The notes: a model not told the origin generated them from the letters alone. A stretch of DNA of 64,000 bases from Tubulanus polymorphus (GCF_964204645.1 NC_134033.1:12904655-12968654), one strand, 5' to 3'. Shown: positions 14,701 through 28,076, counted from the stretch's first letter. Made by a program: numbers and translations.

Positions 14701-17661
14701 GCTGTTCTTGAATAAGATTGTATTCACAAACAAAAGTAGTTGTGTTTACCAGAAACAATAAAACCCAGGCATAGGTTACACTTTTCACCCGAATGTCAGT
14801 GAGAAAAAGGTTGTACATCTCACTTGCAGTATATAAAAATAGCTCTTCCTCTATGACCCTGTTCAGAACTCCTCCGATTTAAAGGAATAGCACGCAGAAA
14901 GGTCACAAGGTCCCAGTTCGGAAAGCAACGTTCGGACATCTTCTTTGCAGCAAACACTCCTTGACATCTTCTACAAAACGGCCGCTGTCTCAGTCTAGCG
15001 TGAGTCGTCGTGGGGGGTTTCTGAATGGCAATTAGTCACCTGCGGTCGGTGGTTTCGCTTATTGATTTTGCAACCGCAACGAATTGCCCGATTAGGGTTT
15101 CGCGTGCCAAGACGCCAACGCCGCACCAGGCGGTGAGCTATGACTGCGGCTGAAGCTGCTGGTTGGGAGAGCGAATGCGTGACTGAAGTCGCTGTTGCAC
15201 AAATAAAGCAACAACCGGCACAGTTTGTTGAGCATTATATCATCATCATTATTATCATAATGGCCTCGGCGTCGCTTTTGCTGCGGTCGGTTCCTTCCAC
15301 GAATATATTAGAATGTATTGGCCGAGTTTGGAAAGCTCGGGAGACACGCGATTAAAAACGTTTGGGATATTCGCTTCTAATTTGATGCGTCAGTAGGCAG
15401 TGGTGTCGCCTTAATGTTGTTTACATATAATATGTACAGTTTCCATTTATCAAACGATGCAGTAAAGAGATGTAAAACCTACTCATGGATTCCTTGGATA
15501 CAAATTAATAGCCACAGACAAAAAATCGTGTATGTTTTATTTACAACTTGTAGTCAAAGAGACGGAAATTTCCGGCACGATTCCGGAGAAAAATCTTCTG
15601 GAAGTTACTGAATTTCTGTTCTGCGTAATTTCTGGACATGAATGAGAGACCGTATACTATCCAAAACAATCTAATCTGAACAATGGTACAAAATTAAAGG
15701 AGTCTGTCCGTTATTCTTTCGATATAATTTTCGATCGTCCAGGCGTTAGAAGGTTCGAAAACGAACTTACAAATTGCATTATCAATACACCTACCGAACT
15801 CTACACAACAATGGTTGAGGACGGATGGATATGGCGAGCGATAACCACCAAAATATAGATTTACTTTGAAAAATGATTAAAAGATGGATCCAACTTGTAG
15901 ATTAGTGGATGTAGGTGTCTGTATCTAAGGTATAGGGTCACCGTTGTGATTGGGACTCAAACTCCCTCGCGGCCACCATAAAGTCATTTAGCCACCACCA
16001 CCACCATCATACTACTTAATTTGCTAGGTTTCGAACGATAAGGGGAATCGCGAAGAAATATTTCACCCTGACGTGAACCCCTCGGAGCATCGAATCGATT
16101 TGATTATACCAACATTCAGTGCGGGCCTGTAATCTGATTCAATGCGGAACTGCAAATCGTTATTTCCGGTTTTATTAGCTGCCGGGAGCAGCACCAACGG
16201 ATCCGCGATCGTTTGTCAAGGTAACATCCTAATACATCAGTCGACGTAGTAATATATTGAATCGCTGGGGATTCTTTTAGATCTCGGGTCTCGGTTACGT
16301 TATCGAGTTAGAAAGACAGGGAGCGAGGCAAAAACGGTATACGTCAGATTTTGAGTCCCGTGTACAACGCCGATAGGCGAATTGAAGGAGAAGCCAAGAG
16401 ATTCATCTTATTATGGAAAGGTAGATTGACGATACAAGACGCTCAGTCAAATCAAATACACGGCCGAGATAGATCTGGTCAGAGACGAAGTCAATCCTAA
16501 ACTGTATCCAGGCATAGGATCCAGAGATGAATTACTAAATCCTAGTAAAATCATACAATGCTTTACTTAGGGCTAGTGTCAAAATGAACCAAAATCGGTC
16601 GAGTACATCGTTTAGGCATGATATTTTCTCTCCCATTCTCTACAAACTAAGGTGACCAGGCAGGCAGATGTTCCTTTTATTTCTTTTTTAAACACAGATT
16701 TGTAGAAAATCTGCTCTAGCCCGCCAGGATTTTATTCTTACACATTTTCAGCATGATTGTTTCCGACCCGGCCGCTGCGGAGAAACAAGGCATCATTTTT
16801 TAGCCTTAAGAATTAAGAGCTTGTCACCCGTTGTATAATTGATGCCATTGACAACGGTGCCACACACAATTATTGGAAATCATGTAAACTAAACAAATCG
16901 TAAAGTCTCTGAACTGAAAGAGATTTCCAGTTCATGCATACTTGATGAAGGCGGTGGTTATTCCGCGCATATTGGAGTGTAAGGTATAAATTAGCCGGCA
17001 CCCGGTCGTTAGTAAGGCTTCAAACAAATGGCTTCTCATCGTGTAATTAGTAAGATCTTATCCTTACCGTACACAAGCGCAAGTCTCTGCGGTTATCGGC
17101 ATTATCTGGCCGCGTGGGCATAGTGCGGTGATGCTGGCCGCAGAGATAAATTGGTCATCAAATATTTTGGAAACCGGATAAGTTGCACGAACGTGACCAG
17201 GTTTACTTTTCAGCACCGTGTTAAGTGGCCCGTGTGAGGACTTGTGGTCATCACTACATATCTTTTTATAGAATGAACACGAATAGCGTGTACAGTTTTC
17301 AATAGGATTCGGTTATGCCACATTCGCCGATATGCCACATTTCTCTGCAGATTAGTCGGTAACATAAATCCGAAACCCTTCTGAAAACAGGGTTCAACCC
17401 GAACGCCGTGGAATGATTGGAAATATGATGGATGCAGTTTCTAACGAGCGTAGTTTGTTTGTTTATCTTGCCTTACGTCGATCGGATCTTGGTTTCCTTA
17501 GGATTTTTCATAACCTCTCGATGGTTTGAAGCGTCGCACGCGGTAAGCATCCAGCGAGTGTGTTGGGGCATGTACGCATAAACTAGTACGTATACCAGAC
17601 AGAGGCCGCTCACGACACCAACGTTCCCTTGTGAGAAAAGGACGGACAATCTAACAAAACC

Positions 17662-17785
17662 AGCAATCTGATTGGCACCGCAATTTATGCGGCAAACCTA
17701 CGCACCCGGTCTATTGTGGCCGAGTTTCGTACCGTAGCTAAATACAGCGATGCCATCAGGTTCGAATCCCTGCCGAGGGAGGACG
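17662..17785 (-). mobile_element. Single arm of the B-box MITE seen at 53573-53904
   Basis: The reverse complement tcctccctcggcagggattcgaacctgatggcatcgct…ccacaatagaccgggtgcg…ccaatcagattgct matches 53573-53705. Confidence 0.75.
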
Positions 17786-18387
17786 AGGAAAGACGGGCCA
17801 AATCTAGAACCGTGTCCTTTATAATGGTACGGTAGCAATAGTAGAGCGTCCATCTAGGCCGGGTTTGCGAAGGCGTATGCCCTGAATCGCCGCCGCACGG
17901 TTTCCCAGTCAATGGCGTGCACGACACACGTGTTGTGTTGAGGACAAGCGAGGGCACAGTTGGAAGATCGTCCGATTCCACTCACGTCGTGTACGACATG
18001 TCCAACAGCGGTAATGTTCATCAGTAATGGAGCTGAAGGCACATTAACAAACGGCGATACGCAGTTATCCGCCCATTGTTTACACGCGTCGATGAGTTTA
18101 AGCGTAATTTATTGTTTACGCGATGTCTCACACCATATTGCGGCGTGGAGGCGGTAGCGGTGGTGGTGGTAAGCCAATCTGCCAATGAGTCCTGCAATCA
18201 TTAACATCATCATTACTAGAAAATCCGCTGAAAATCTCGTCCGGTATATTCGCACTACACAGAAACGTCGTCGCGATAATCGTCCCAGCTCGAGCGCTAC
18301 ACAGGAAATTAGGATTACTTATACGTGCCTGCTAGTGAGTGACCAACAGTGAAGAATCATCGATGAGAGAAACCCCGTTGTCTCGGC

Positions 18388-18462
18388 AAGCGGTCCTAAA
18401 TCTTAAGACTAGTCTTAATTTGTTAGATTGGCTATAGAATTAAGTTGGTCTTAAACTGGTCT
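18388..18462 (+). repeat. Short dispersed repeat (taagac/gtctta family); relatives at ~57996-58040 (+) and ~63905-63970 (-)
   Basis: gtcctaaatcttaagactagtcttaatttgttagattggctatagaattaagttggtcttaa is similar to the reverse complement of 63905-63970. Confidence 0.55.
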
Positions 18463-19205
18463 TAACGCGAAAATTGCTGCCAGAATGTCGAAACTGTATT
18501 TTTGTATTCTTGTTTCTAGTGTTTTGTTCGCTTGGTGTAGAATGGTCAAAAACAAAGCCCAATCTGCACTGAGTTGGGAGAAATCTAGGTCCTTAATGTC
18601 GTTGTAGTACAAAATAATACGTTCAATGTCAACATAACGATGGGTAATGTTCGGTTATTAAATTAAAGGGCTTTGAAATATATAAATGCGTTTTTCGTCG
18701 CCGACGCCCTGCTGAGGCAGTGGTAACTGTATCCCATTATCGAGCAGCCTGATTACGTTTGCTTTGAAAAATCGTCCATATTATTATGTAGGTCGTTAGA
18801 GAAGTAATAATTCCAACATCTGGTGCCGTCATGATGAAATCAATGATTCCGAACAGCGCGCAGCTAGTTCACTTCAAATAGATATGTGGCAATATTGCCT
18901 ATGATTATTCCATTCGTATTCGATGAAACGAACTGCTCTCTGATCGTAGTTCGATGATAAAAAGTCTTAGAATAAAACAGATCAGAAAAAAGTTCGAGGA
19001 GAGATGGGTACTTTAAAAATGTATCTCTGGCTATGGCTGTTTAAGACAATAACATTCCCTCATGAGGATAAGGACCTGGGTTTCATAGATATTGAAGAAA
19101 AATAGTCCCTGGGAACATTTTGAAATTTGTCAGTTATATCCATGCTTGGTTTCCATAGACAAGTGGCTGTCCAATATCAATATAGTCATAAATGTACAAT
19201 AAATC

Positions 19206-19249
19206 AGTTTTTGAAAATTGCTCATAGATTTGAGTCGAAACGTCAAACT
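19206..19249 (+). ncRNA. Degenerate minimal (Penelope-type) hammerhead ribozyme motif
   Basis: agttt-TTGAAAA-ttgctca(tagatt)tgagtc-GAAA-cg-TC-aaact gives a 5-bp stem I, a stem II hairpin and a palindromic ACGT in place of stem III. The core is non-canonical. Confidence 0.45.
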
Positions 19250-20647
19250 ACCAGATAGTTTTTCTTTTTATTGTGGGTTTTTGTCGACTATATCCATGGT
19301 TTCTCAATGTTACTATCGTGGTTGTCACCCAGATTGAGGATTTATCCCTAGGGATAACTTTGTTACTCTACGTCTATGAAAACCGGGCCCAGGAGAAGAA
19401 CTGTCTGCCAAAAATGCTACCACCAGCCGTTCTCGAACCCCATAAAACCTCGTATCATGCATACAAATATAGATGTCCCTTCTAGCCGTGTTTTCAACGG
19501 CGTGAAATTCATATTCACGAATCGATATACGCATTTACAACCCGCCATTATTTTTAGTAACAGCATCTAGACAGTCGAAGCAGCCATCGGCGAAGGCACC
19601 CGCTCGGTGTAAGCAACAATTGAGTTAGCGACGCGCCAGAAGTTATTGCCATCGTTGAGGTTAATGAATCCAGACGGTTTGAGAAAACTTCGCAACAAAA
19701 GCGACAGTCGGTAAAAACTGCAGGCATCTCGACCGCGAAGCCGGGAGGGTTTTCATATCGAAGATTTTTAGTATTGTTGAATGAAATTCCCAGAGCTGGG
19801 AATGCGTACAAAATGGTATAATTCGAAATAGCACACCGAATTGAAGAACTACGCAGCTACGCCTGATGGTGAATGCTATCAATTCGAATGAAGATAACCG
19901 GAAGAAGGTTCTGGTGAACCAAGATGTCACTGCAAGGAAAACTATGGGCATGTGCCCAAAGCCTGCAGAACACAGCTGATGCTGTCGAAACATCAAATCT
20001 GATCATCCGAAGGCCGAAGTAGATTGAGGATAAAAATGTCTCGATTTGTAAGTTCTTATTATGTGATAAATCGGATTATCATATTATGTGATACAATGCA
20101 CCATAAATGTTCGGGAAATAGTATTGGTTTCGCCGAATGGAGCGCCGCCGCGGTTAATTTCATCGCTTCACCATTTTTCTTTCAGAAAATAGCTGCACTG
20201 GCGCAATAGTTAGTCACTTAGATCGTCAATTTTGAATCGCTGCGCGGCTTGTAAAAATAGCTCCGCTGCGAGAGTTGGTGAGAGTGTATAAGCCACCGTT
20301 TGTCGTCGATGTTATAATAAACGAGTTTTCAAGTCGTAGGACTTACATGTGCGTAATTTATGAGTTTGTAATCTGTCTCGGCGATGATATCGGGTATAAT
20401 GTTCTGGTATTCGAGGGTCGGTAAGTGATAAATCTTGACGCGACGGAAATACCGAAGCACTGCGCGCGCCGCCGCCGGTCTATATCCGCAGCGATGGGAT
20501 TATCATACGAACAACATTCGACGTCGTGTATACGGTATAAATCATTAAACAACTTTCAGTCACTCGTCGATTTGAAAAATTAATGTTACGAACGGAGAAC
20601 GAAAATAGTAGCGTTGACTTTACTGCGGATTCGTCAGCCAATCATCG

Positions 20648-21222
20648 CACTCCCTGCGCGAACTTCGGTTATCGTAGTGTTTGTCGAATAGTGGTGGGAA
20701 CTAATAACCGAACGCGCTATACAGTTCGGTCGTAACGCATTTCACATTGTGTCGGCCATCTTGGAAATAGGTCTGGACTACAGCGACCGCGCTCAATCCC
20801 GTGATCGACTATTTCCGGCCCGTAGTTCCGACTTACGGTTTCACTTAGTTCGCAAATAGTCATCTTCACCCGTCAAGGGATTCGAACCCACTACGCTAAA
20901 GCTGTTCGCCGAACCCCTTGACCTCACGAGTCGTTGGAGTCGTTACTAGCCGACCAGAATCCGGTCGTACCAATCACAGTGCTTGTAACAAACGACTTTA
21001 GGCTTCTATTGGTTTTCCCGTTAAATAGACCAATCAGCGAACGTTTTACTGAACAAGGAAGTATTTCGCAAATCGACATATGACGTCATGCGCAACAGCG
21101 CCAGTAATAAAATCACGCTTCGTGAGGCCAGGGGGCTGGTGGAAGCGAGTTCGGGAGTGATACCTGACCCCTGACAAGCGAGGATGCAAATAGTCGACTA
21201 ACTCCAATAACCAGGTCCAGGT
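20648..21222 (-). mobile_element. MITE family A copy, interrupted by a nested element at 20861-21186
   Basis: Family A sequence stops at …ttcgcaaatagt (20860) and resumes at caaatagtcgactaactccaataacc (21187). Confidence 0.8.
20861..21186. mobile_element. Non-autonomous TIR element (CATC…GATG) with a perfect 8-bp TSD
   Basis: TSD caaatagt at 20853-20860 and 21187-21194. Termini are catcttcacccgtcaaggg and ccctgacaagcgaggatg. Confidence 0.85.
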
Positions 21223-24200
21223 CAACCAATAGTGAAGTCGTTATCGATGGCGCCGCTAATCGGCGTTCTGAAATACAAGATTTGTTGCAGCGATGTCTGA
21301 AGGCAGTTGTTAATAGATTGTTTTAAGGTGTCAATAGATCGTTCAGAAGTGAAGAACTTTTTGTTTTCGTGTTTATTCTTTTTTTCTAAGGGTGTAAGCA
21401 TTACGCAGCCTTTTGGCTTTGTTGGTCCTGGGTATATCATTATGTTTTGTTTTTATCTTGTTGCCCGTCGTTTTAATCTTGGTTTGGATTAGTCATTTTA
21501 TATCACGACGGGGTCGTAACTAACTATACGTATACAAATCTATAACGTTCTATGCAATTAAAGATTATTTTGTATTTGCATTGCATTATTGACATCGTCC
21601 AATCAACGCTCGTTAGATTATGAATCGACCAATCAGTGAAATCCATGAAATCAGCAATATCTTATTGATATAATGGACCGCATACGGACGATTCCGTGGA
21701 CATCCCGATTCAACGTTCAGTATTTTCCTCGCTCGCCATTTTTAAATCGCGATTGAATTTTTCTCCTTCCCATCGCGGAGAACGACGGCCGCGGATCACA
21801 AGCGATACATAATTACATCAATGGCGCCCGAGCATCTCGGAAATCGACCGCCGACCGGGAAAACAATCGACGAAATTGGTCAGTGCCGGTTAAGCAAACC
21901 GTGCACGGACTATCGACATTCGATGAAATCGTTCAACGCATCGCGGCCGGAGATTTGCAGCCAAGCGATCAACACCGACCAATATCTCTCTCTATCTGCC
22001 CCCAGTGTGTCGGCGCTGGTCATATTGACACAAGCCGATGGCAAATCTGCAGCCGAAACGACGTGCAAATATACCCAATGTACACTTTTATTATCTAGTC
22101 TGTTTTGATCAAGGCTGTGCTAACGTATATGGACCGTCGGGTGTTTGGCAATGGTATTTATTCCTTGGAGATGCCAACCAGAGCTGACAATAGCATAAAA
22201 GCCAAAGTGACAAACGGCGATATGTGGTACAGTGCGCTATTATTGTATCTGGACACAAAAAAATAGTTATCGCATCACCACATTGTTAGAAAAATGAAAA
22301 GTACCCTCGTGAATCGAATTCAATGAATATGGCGCTTCTCAAGAAGGGCGACAGTAGAACCTGGTTACAAAGTCTTGTCCATGACGCTCGCAATTCCTGC
22401 GATACGAATCTAAGAATAATTAAACATCCTTGGTTTATTTTGTACTGTAGATTAGTTTCTATTCGCAAACCGATGAGAAGTGATCCCACAAAATGACACG
22501 AAACACAATTCGACTTTATCATGCCAAGCGAAAATATCCTAACCGATAGAATCATCTTCTCTAGTTGGTTTATCGTGATTCTGCATGAAACGTCGGTCAT
22601 CGACATTCTTGCGTCGTAATGACGATACTGTTGCAGATATACGTATATATAAGGCACGATTCGCTATCCCCTGATGTTATCATCAATGGCAGCAAACCCT
22701 GTAAATACGAGGTATGCGCCGAGAAGTCTTCGTTATGCGCTGGAACGAAGCGTGTAAGCTCCAATAAAAACTTTCGAAGCAAAAAGCTTCCCTTTTAGGG
22801 TTTTAGATTAATGATCGTTCAGCATCGAGAGGAAGCTATTCTAGAATAATATATAGAATAAAGTAGATAGGTCTGTTGTACCCACTACACTGCGACGTCG
22901 TTAATTACCATATGATGATTTAATTAATGAGGAATTAGCGCATGTTTGCCGACGTAGTTCACTACTAATGAATCGAATAACCTGGCAATTTGATTGCGTT
23001 ATGTATACCGGGTTTACGAGTTAGCTATCATTGTGTCTAATGATTTATATATTCGAATACGACAACACGAGAGATTTATTCATTTGTTGTCCTAAGGTTG
23101 AACGGGGGTAGGCTAACTTTTGAAATCGTACCTGAGCGATGTTGAGTTGGATAAGTTAAAGATGGGCAGAAGATTAAGATTTTTCCTGATTAGTTTTAAG
23201 TTACTTTTGATAATGTAAATGATAATATCGACTTTTCGTAACTAACAAAAGATATAAGGCTAGACGTACTCTTCTGCAATTCTGTCCGCCGCTGTGCTAC
23301 CATCAGGCACCGCCTGGAGTTGAACTCTGAGCATAAATTTCACAAAGACATGCTGCTCGTTCTGTTTTTCCAAAAAATCATTCAAATATACACATGACAT
23401 ATGAGATGTACATAGGCCACAAGGACATCCCTATATGCAACACCTGTTTCACTGGGATTTATTGTTTATCTATATATATCAAACCAGCCGCATATTATAT
23501 ACACATTTTACAGATGGTGAAAATATAAAGTGCCTGTGGCGTTTATATTCAACAATACGATTGTAATAGGTGTACTAAATAAATAAGAGAAATGTTTATC
23601 CACAGCCCCGGTGCGAATGATTTATTTTTTTTAAAGGTTTTCTGCTTATTTGCTACAACTGAAGAGTCTACATCGGGATTGGTTCGTTACGCGCACGCTT
23701 TGGTGCCGTGATGTGATTAGTTTTTCTTATCAGAGCACGGTTCTTTTTCAACGGTCAGTCGATCAGAAAGCATGTAGCATGTAGCGAAGATGATGGCCAC
23801 TACTTTCTAGGGTATTTTTCTATGGCTTTCATCGTGTGCAGCATGCTTAACTTGCCGTGAGCTGGGACTGGTGTACATAAACACATGAGCATAAAAAGGG
23901 TACTAGAAATGCGCTGCGCAAAACTTGTTGTCCAACGTTAATGCAATAGAGCTGCAGCAAGTGTGTTATGCACTAGGTTAAATCTCAAACATATTTTGAC
24001 AGCGTCAAATATGTAATATTCACTCATACATTTTTTACATTTTCACCTCTCCCTTCTCGTCATTAGTCTCTCTCGGTAAAGAATCCTTGGTTACAAAATT
24101 AGGACGTTATATATATTATGCTTGGTCGTAGATCAGAGGGCGTTTGACCGAGCGGTTTGGGTATTCGGTAAATTGTGGTCAGGTAAGGTTAGGTCTTGAA

Positions 24201-24392
24201 TCTCAGCTTCCCAGGTTATGGTCCACACAACTATTGACCAGCAAACCGCATTGCAAAGAATTTTGCGAAGGATCTTTGAATTTTTCTTATTCATTTGATG
24301 GGAAACAGGTTAAATAAGAGATTTTGATATCATTTCTCTTATCTAACCTGTTACCTGGTTACGAATTAATCAGTTTTGATTGAGCCACTTAC

Positions 24393-25805
24393 CTTGAAAG
24401 TCCTTGCGCGCTGCGCTGATACTCGCCACTATATTCGCAATGTGTCCCAGTACAGTGGCAAAAAGCAGTAATCCGAAAACAACTTGGGTTATAACAAAAA
24501 CGAAATCACCGGTACTTTTCGGTCGTGGTAAATCGCCGATGGTCGTCAGGATTATCGTACTCCAGTACAGCCCGTTCAGGTAGTTGTTTGCTACGCTTTT
24601 GTCGTTGACCGGATACGTCCACATACCCGAATTCAAAACTTTAGTGTTTAGGATGTAGTGACAACAGGCGTTCCAGTGAAAGATGGCGAACAAGTAATGG
24701 AGGAGCGTGATCGTCCTAACGACGTTCGGGTAGTTCGTATGGCGTTCGGTGCGGTCCAGGAACGCCCAGAAACGGTAGATTTTAACGAGGCGGAAGCAAC
24801 GAACGAGAGATTTGAATCCTATCGAAAGGTAGAGAAAGTCTAGAGGTAATAAACATAAACAATCGATATAAAACATCGTAGTATTCATGTAGTGAATGCG
24901 TAGCTTAGTGGCGTCGGTTTGCAGTACGCCGTCCTCCATGAAACCGGTCCGGAAATGAAAGGCGATGTCTAGAATGTACAGCAGGTCGGCCGTGTAATCC
25001 AATGTGAACCAGATGACGATGTTATCGGACGTTATTTCGTCGAAGGCGAAACGATAGATCATAACCCAGAAGTTGTATAAGAACGCCACACTGACGACCA
25101 TGCTCCACCAGTAAGCCAGTCGTCCTGATGGGTCGAATACGAACGTCCATTTACAGCCCCTTTCGCTGTCTACCGTATTCGTCTGTTTTACGAACGCGAT
25201 GTTTTCCATCTTTTCGATTTTTTCCCGTTTTGCCGCTTTTTTGCCGAATTTTTCGTCTATTTCCCTGCGACGTTGGCGTTTTTCCCTGTTTGTTAAGTGC
25301 GTTATTTGGTAATTTTCGTTAAATCGGGCCTTGTTTAGAAATGCTACGTCCTCTTTCGAATAAATCGACTTACGGTGCATTTGCATTTTGTCGATTTTAT
25401 GACTGACGATTTCGATAAGGCTCGAACGCGATTGCGTTTTGTTGTGGCGGACATTTTGCCGCGAGGTCGGGCTCGGTGACGCGGTCGTGCTGTTGAGCGT
25501 TCCCGACGATTCGGCGCGTTCGCGACCGATGAGCTTTTGTCGGTCGGAGTCGGCGGCTGCGTACGGTTGCGCGCCCGGTAAAGTCCTCGGTCCGTTGACC
25601 AGGTTTTCATCGGCGTCCGGATCCTGGTCCAAATCCGCCTCACCTGCTTCGATACCATTATTATCGTTTCGTGGCTCGGCGCTGGCGAGATCTTCGCTGC
25701 TAACAACGTGGATTTCATCCAGTTCGTCTTCGCTCGTTTGGTCACCCTTCCCTGTGGAACAGGGTGTATATTTTACTATGTCCCCGGTATGACGTCGAAT
25801 GATAC
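24393..25805 (-). CDS. Large internal exon (1413 nt, phase 1-1) of a cyclic-nucleotide-gated cation channel: N-terminal tail, S1-S6, pore and start of the C-linker
   Basis: The 483-aa ORF has CNG hallmarks: FVFDPSGRLAYWW (pre-S1), LDYTADLLYILDIAFHFRTGFMEDG (S2), S4 RCFRLVKIYRF, RTERHTNYPN, HWNAC, pore YWSTIILTTIGDLPRP, and S6 GLLLFATVLGHIANIV...ARKDFQ. The acceptor ttttcag|GT lies at 25805 and the donor CAAG|gtaagt at 24393. From recall it resembles the Drosophila CG42260-type invertebrate CNG subunits (not verified by search). Confidence 0.96.
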
Positions 25806-26069
25806 CTGAAAATACGTACAATACATCCTTACATCGTTACAATTGTTTTCAAAGGATTTGAGAAAAATACCTCAAATAATGATAGTAATATTTTTATTGT
25901 AAACCATAACGCAATATATACAATATTATGAATACGCGATATTGCTTTTAATTACATGGCATATGGTTACGAGGAACACAGTGCTAGCCAATAGGCTGTA
26001 TAGTTAGGCACTGAAACCCTACATAGTTTGAAAAGTCTAACGCGAAGCATGTTGAACTTGTTAACTTAC

Positions 26070-26183
26070 CTGAGGACATTCCCGGTGGACTGGCCTGGTG
26101 GAATTCAGGCTGACGAAACTGGCTTACGTAGGCATAGATGCAACGCCGTAAGTACGTCAACCTGCCCGGTCGAGACGCCAGAC
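26070..26183 (-). CDS. CNG channel exon (114 nt, phase 1-1) encoding (G)LASRPGRLTYLRRCIYAYVSQFRQPEFHQASPPGMSS
   Basis: Acceptor attgtag|GT at 26183 and donor TCAG|gtaagt at 26070. The 264-nt GT-AG intron joins it in frame to the large exon. SQFRQPEF resembles the ERFRGPEL motif that follows the basic amphipathic segment in CNGA N-termini. Confidence 0.8.
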
Positions 26184-26659
26184 CTACAATCGGTTACTTG
26201 CCTGAAAATGTATATGTTTATAAACGTGAGACAACATTAAAAGAACCTTAAAAACGATTTAGCAGTGTTTTTCAAAGCGCTTTATGTATAAGGAATACGA
26301 AACCGAGTTGCATTCGTTCACGGAACTCTTTTTCTATTTGCATCTATTAACTAGTAACTGCATGAGTTACTACTGCATGGTCTACTAGAGTTACTACGCG
26401 TTGCAGCGGTCGTGAATATTTCAACGCGTATGTATTTGAAGATATACTACGTGTGAGGATATGAAATAGTCATTCATCCATTATTCAAAAAGTACTTATT
26501 CAGATTTAGCAGTATATAAAACAGCGGATATGATAAATCGAATTTAAGTGAATCTAAAAGGCGATTAAAAACATCTAGCTTCCGAGCAAGAGTTCGCAAC
26601 AAATCCTCGCTGATAAAACAAATCATTATTCCTTAACCCATAGTCGCATTATACAAGCT

Positions 26660-26662
<3 letters not shown>

Positions 26663-26705
<43 letters not shown>
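26663..26705. repeat. (AT)~21 microsatellite
   Basis: Directly visible. Confidence 0.98.
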
Positions 26706-26709
<4 letters not shown>

Positions 26710-26861
26710 ATGTCTATCGCACAACAGCTTCTTATGCAGTTATACTGTCCAGGCTATGAATACAAGACTTAAACGTATCACCGGGCTCAGATATGCAGAT
26801 TCCGAAATCCAACTCGACGCTTTTCTGAAAACGTAAGCCCGTTTCGAAAACGTATTTCGAG

Positions 26862-27077
<216 letters not shown>

Positions 27078-28010
27078 GCGCGGTTTGTTACCGATTTATT
27101 GCACCTGCTCGTTGTCACACACTTATCCAGCAATCGGAATACATTTCACAAAATCATTATATATCATATACTTTCTCCCAAGCCGTTTTTACACGAGGCT
27201 GAAATTGTCCGAGGACTGTATAAAACCCGTGGACAGACTAGTCGGGCGAATCGATTCGAACGAATCAGACATGCCAGATATTATCGTGTGTCCCTTCCAT
27301 CGGTGAAATTCAGCGAAAAAAAATACACACTGAATCATGTGATCATCGATCAGCGATTTTATTTCCTAAATGTGTCAACATTGGTCTCTGGTATTCAATC
27401 GCACGTGAGTTAAAGGGGAAATGAATCGCCGAGGAAAATCGCCTAGTCTTTCACGAACTTGAAGCCGTATTCGAACCAACCAGAAGTGTCTCAGGACTAA
27501 CAGCCATGTCCACGCGAAAAAGTGTCCCAGCACGAAAACCATCTTCAAACGAATATATGCAAAAGTGTCCCAGTATTGTAGCCATATTCAAGCGGAGCCA
27601 AAAGCGACCAAGGACAAAAGCGATACTAATATTCATGAAGCTAATCCTCGAACAGTTTTAATATACTAACAACGCAGCTTTCCGTTTTTATTTGTGAAGT
27701 ACTCTGTATGAGCGCAGTTACACTCAGCCTACAGCTGTGTACTTGTAGAAAATCGCTCACCGAACGATTTCCAAATAATAAGATACATCAAAAGTGATAA
27801 CGATATACCTGTATTCTGAGAGGATTGTATCCATTTCATTTCACGGCATTTTTAAATTGTAACTTTGCACAAAGTAATATACATATTACAACGAATTTAG
27901 ATCGTACATTTAACACAAAATATGATGGCGATGATAGTTATGATTTATGAATAATGATAATTAATGATTGATAATGTAGTGATTTAGAGTTAGTTAAGGG
28001 ATACATTGCA

Positions 28011-28076
28011 GGGATTTTTACCTGGGGGGATTTTTACCGTGTGGGATATTTGTCGGGAGATTATTACCTACATTCC
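28011..28076 (+). repeat. Four degenerate gggatttttacc motifs, probably the subterminal repeats of a DNA-transposon end
   Basis: gggatttttacc-tggg-gggatttttacc-gtgt-gggatatttgtc-gggagattattacc-tacattcc. Confidence 0.5.

Noticed and set aside
15465-15858. Plus-strand frame with one internal TGA, starting RDVKPTHGFLG (kinase-loop-like)
   Set aside because: No DFG, APE or other kinase motifs and no splice support; probably chance.
17740-17785. Possible tRNA gene around GGTTCGAATCCC
   Set aside because: No A-box, D arm or cloverleaf; it is part of a MITE TIR.
24658-25792. Four ORFs overlapping the CNG exon
   Set aside because: They are antisense or alternative-frame shadows of real coding sequence.
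25806-25821. TTG start MYVFS of the 483-aa ORF
   Set aside because: It is intronic; the exon begins at the ttttcag acceptor (25805).
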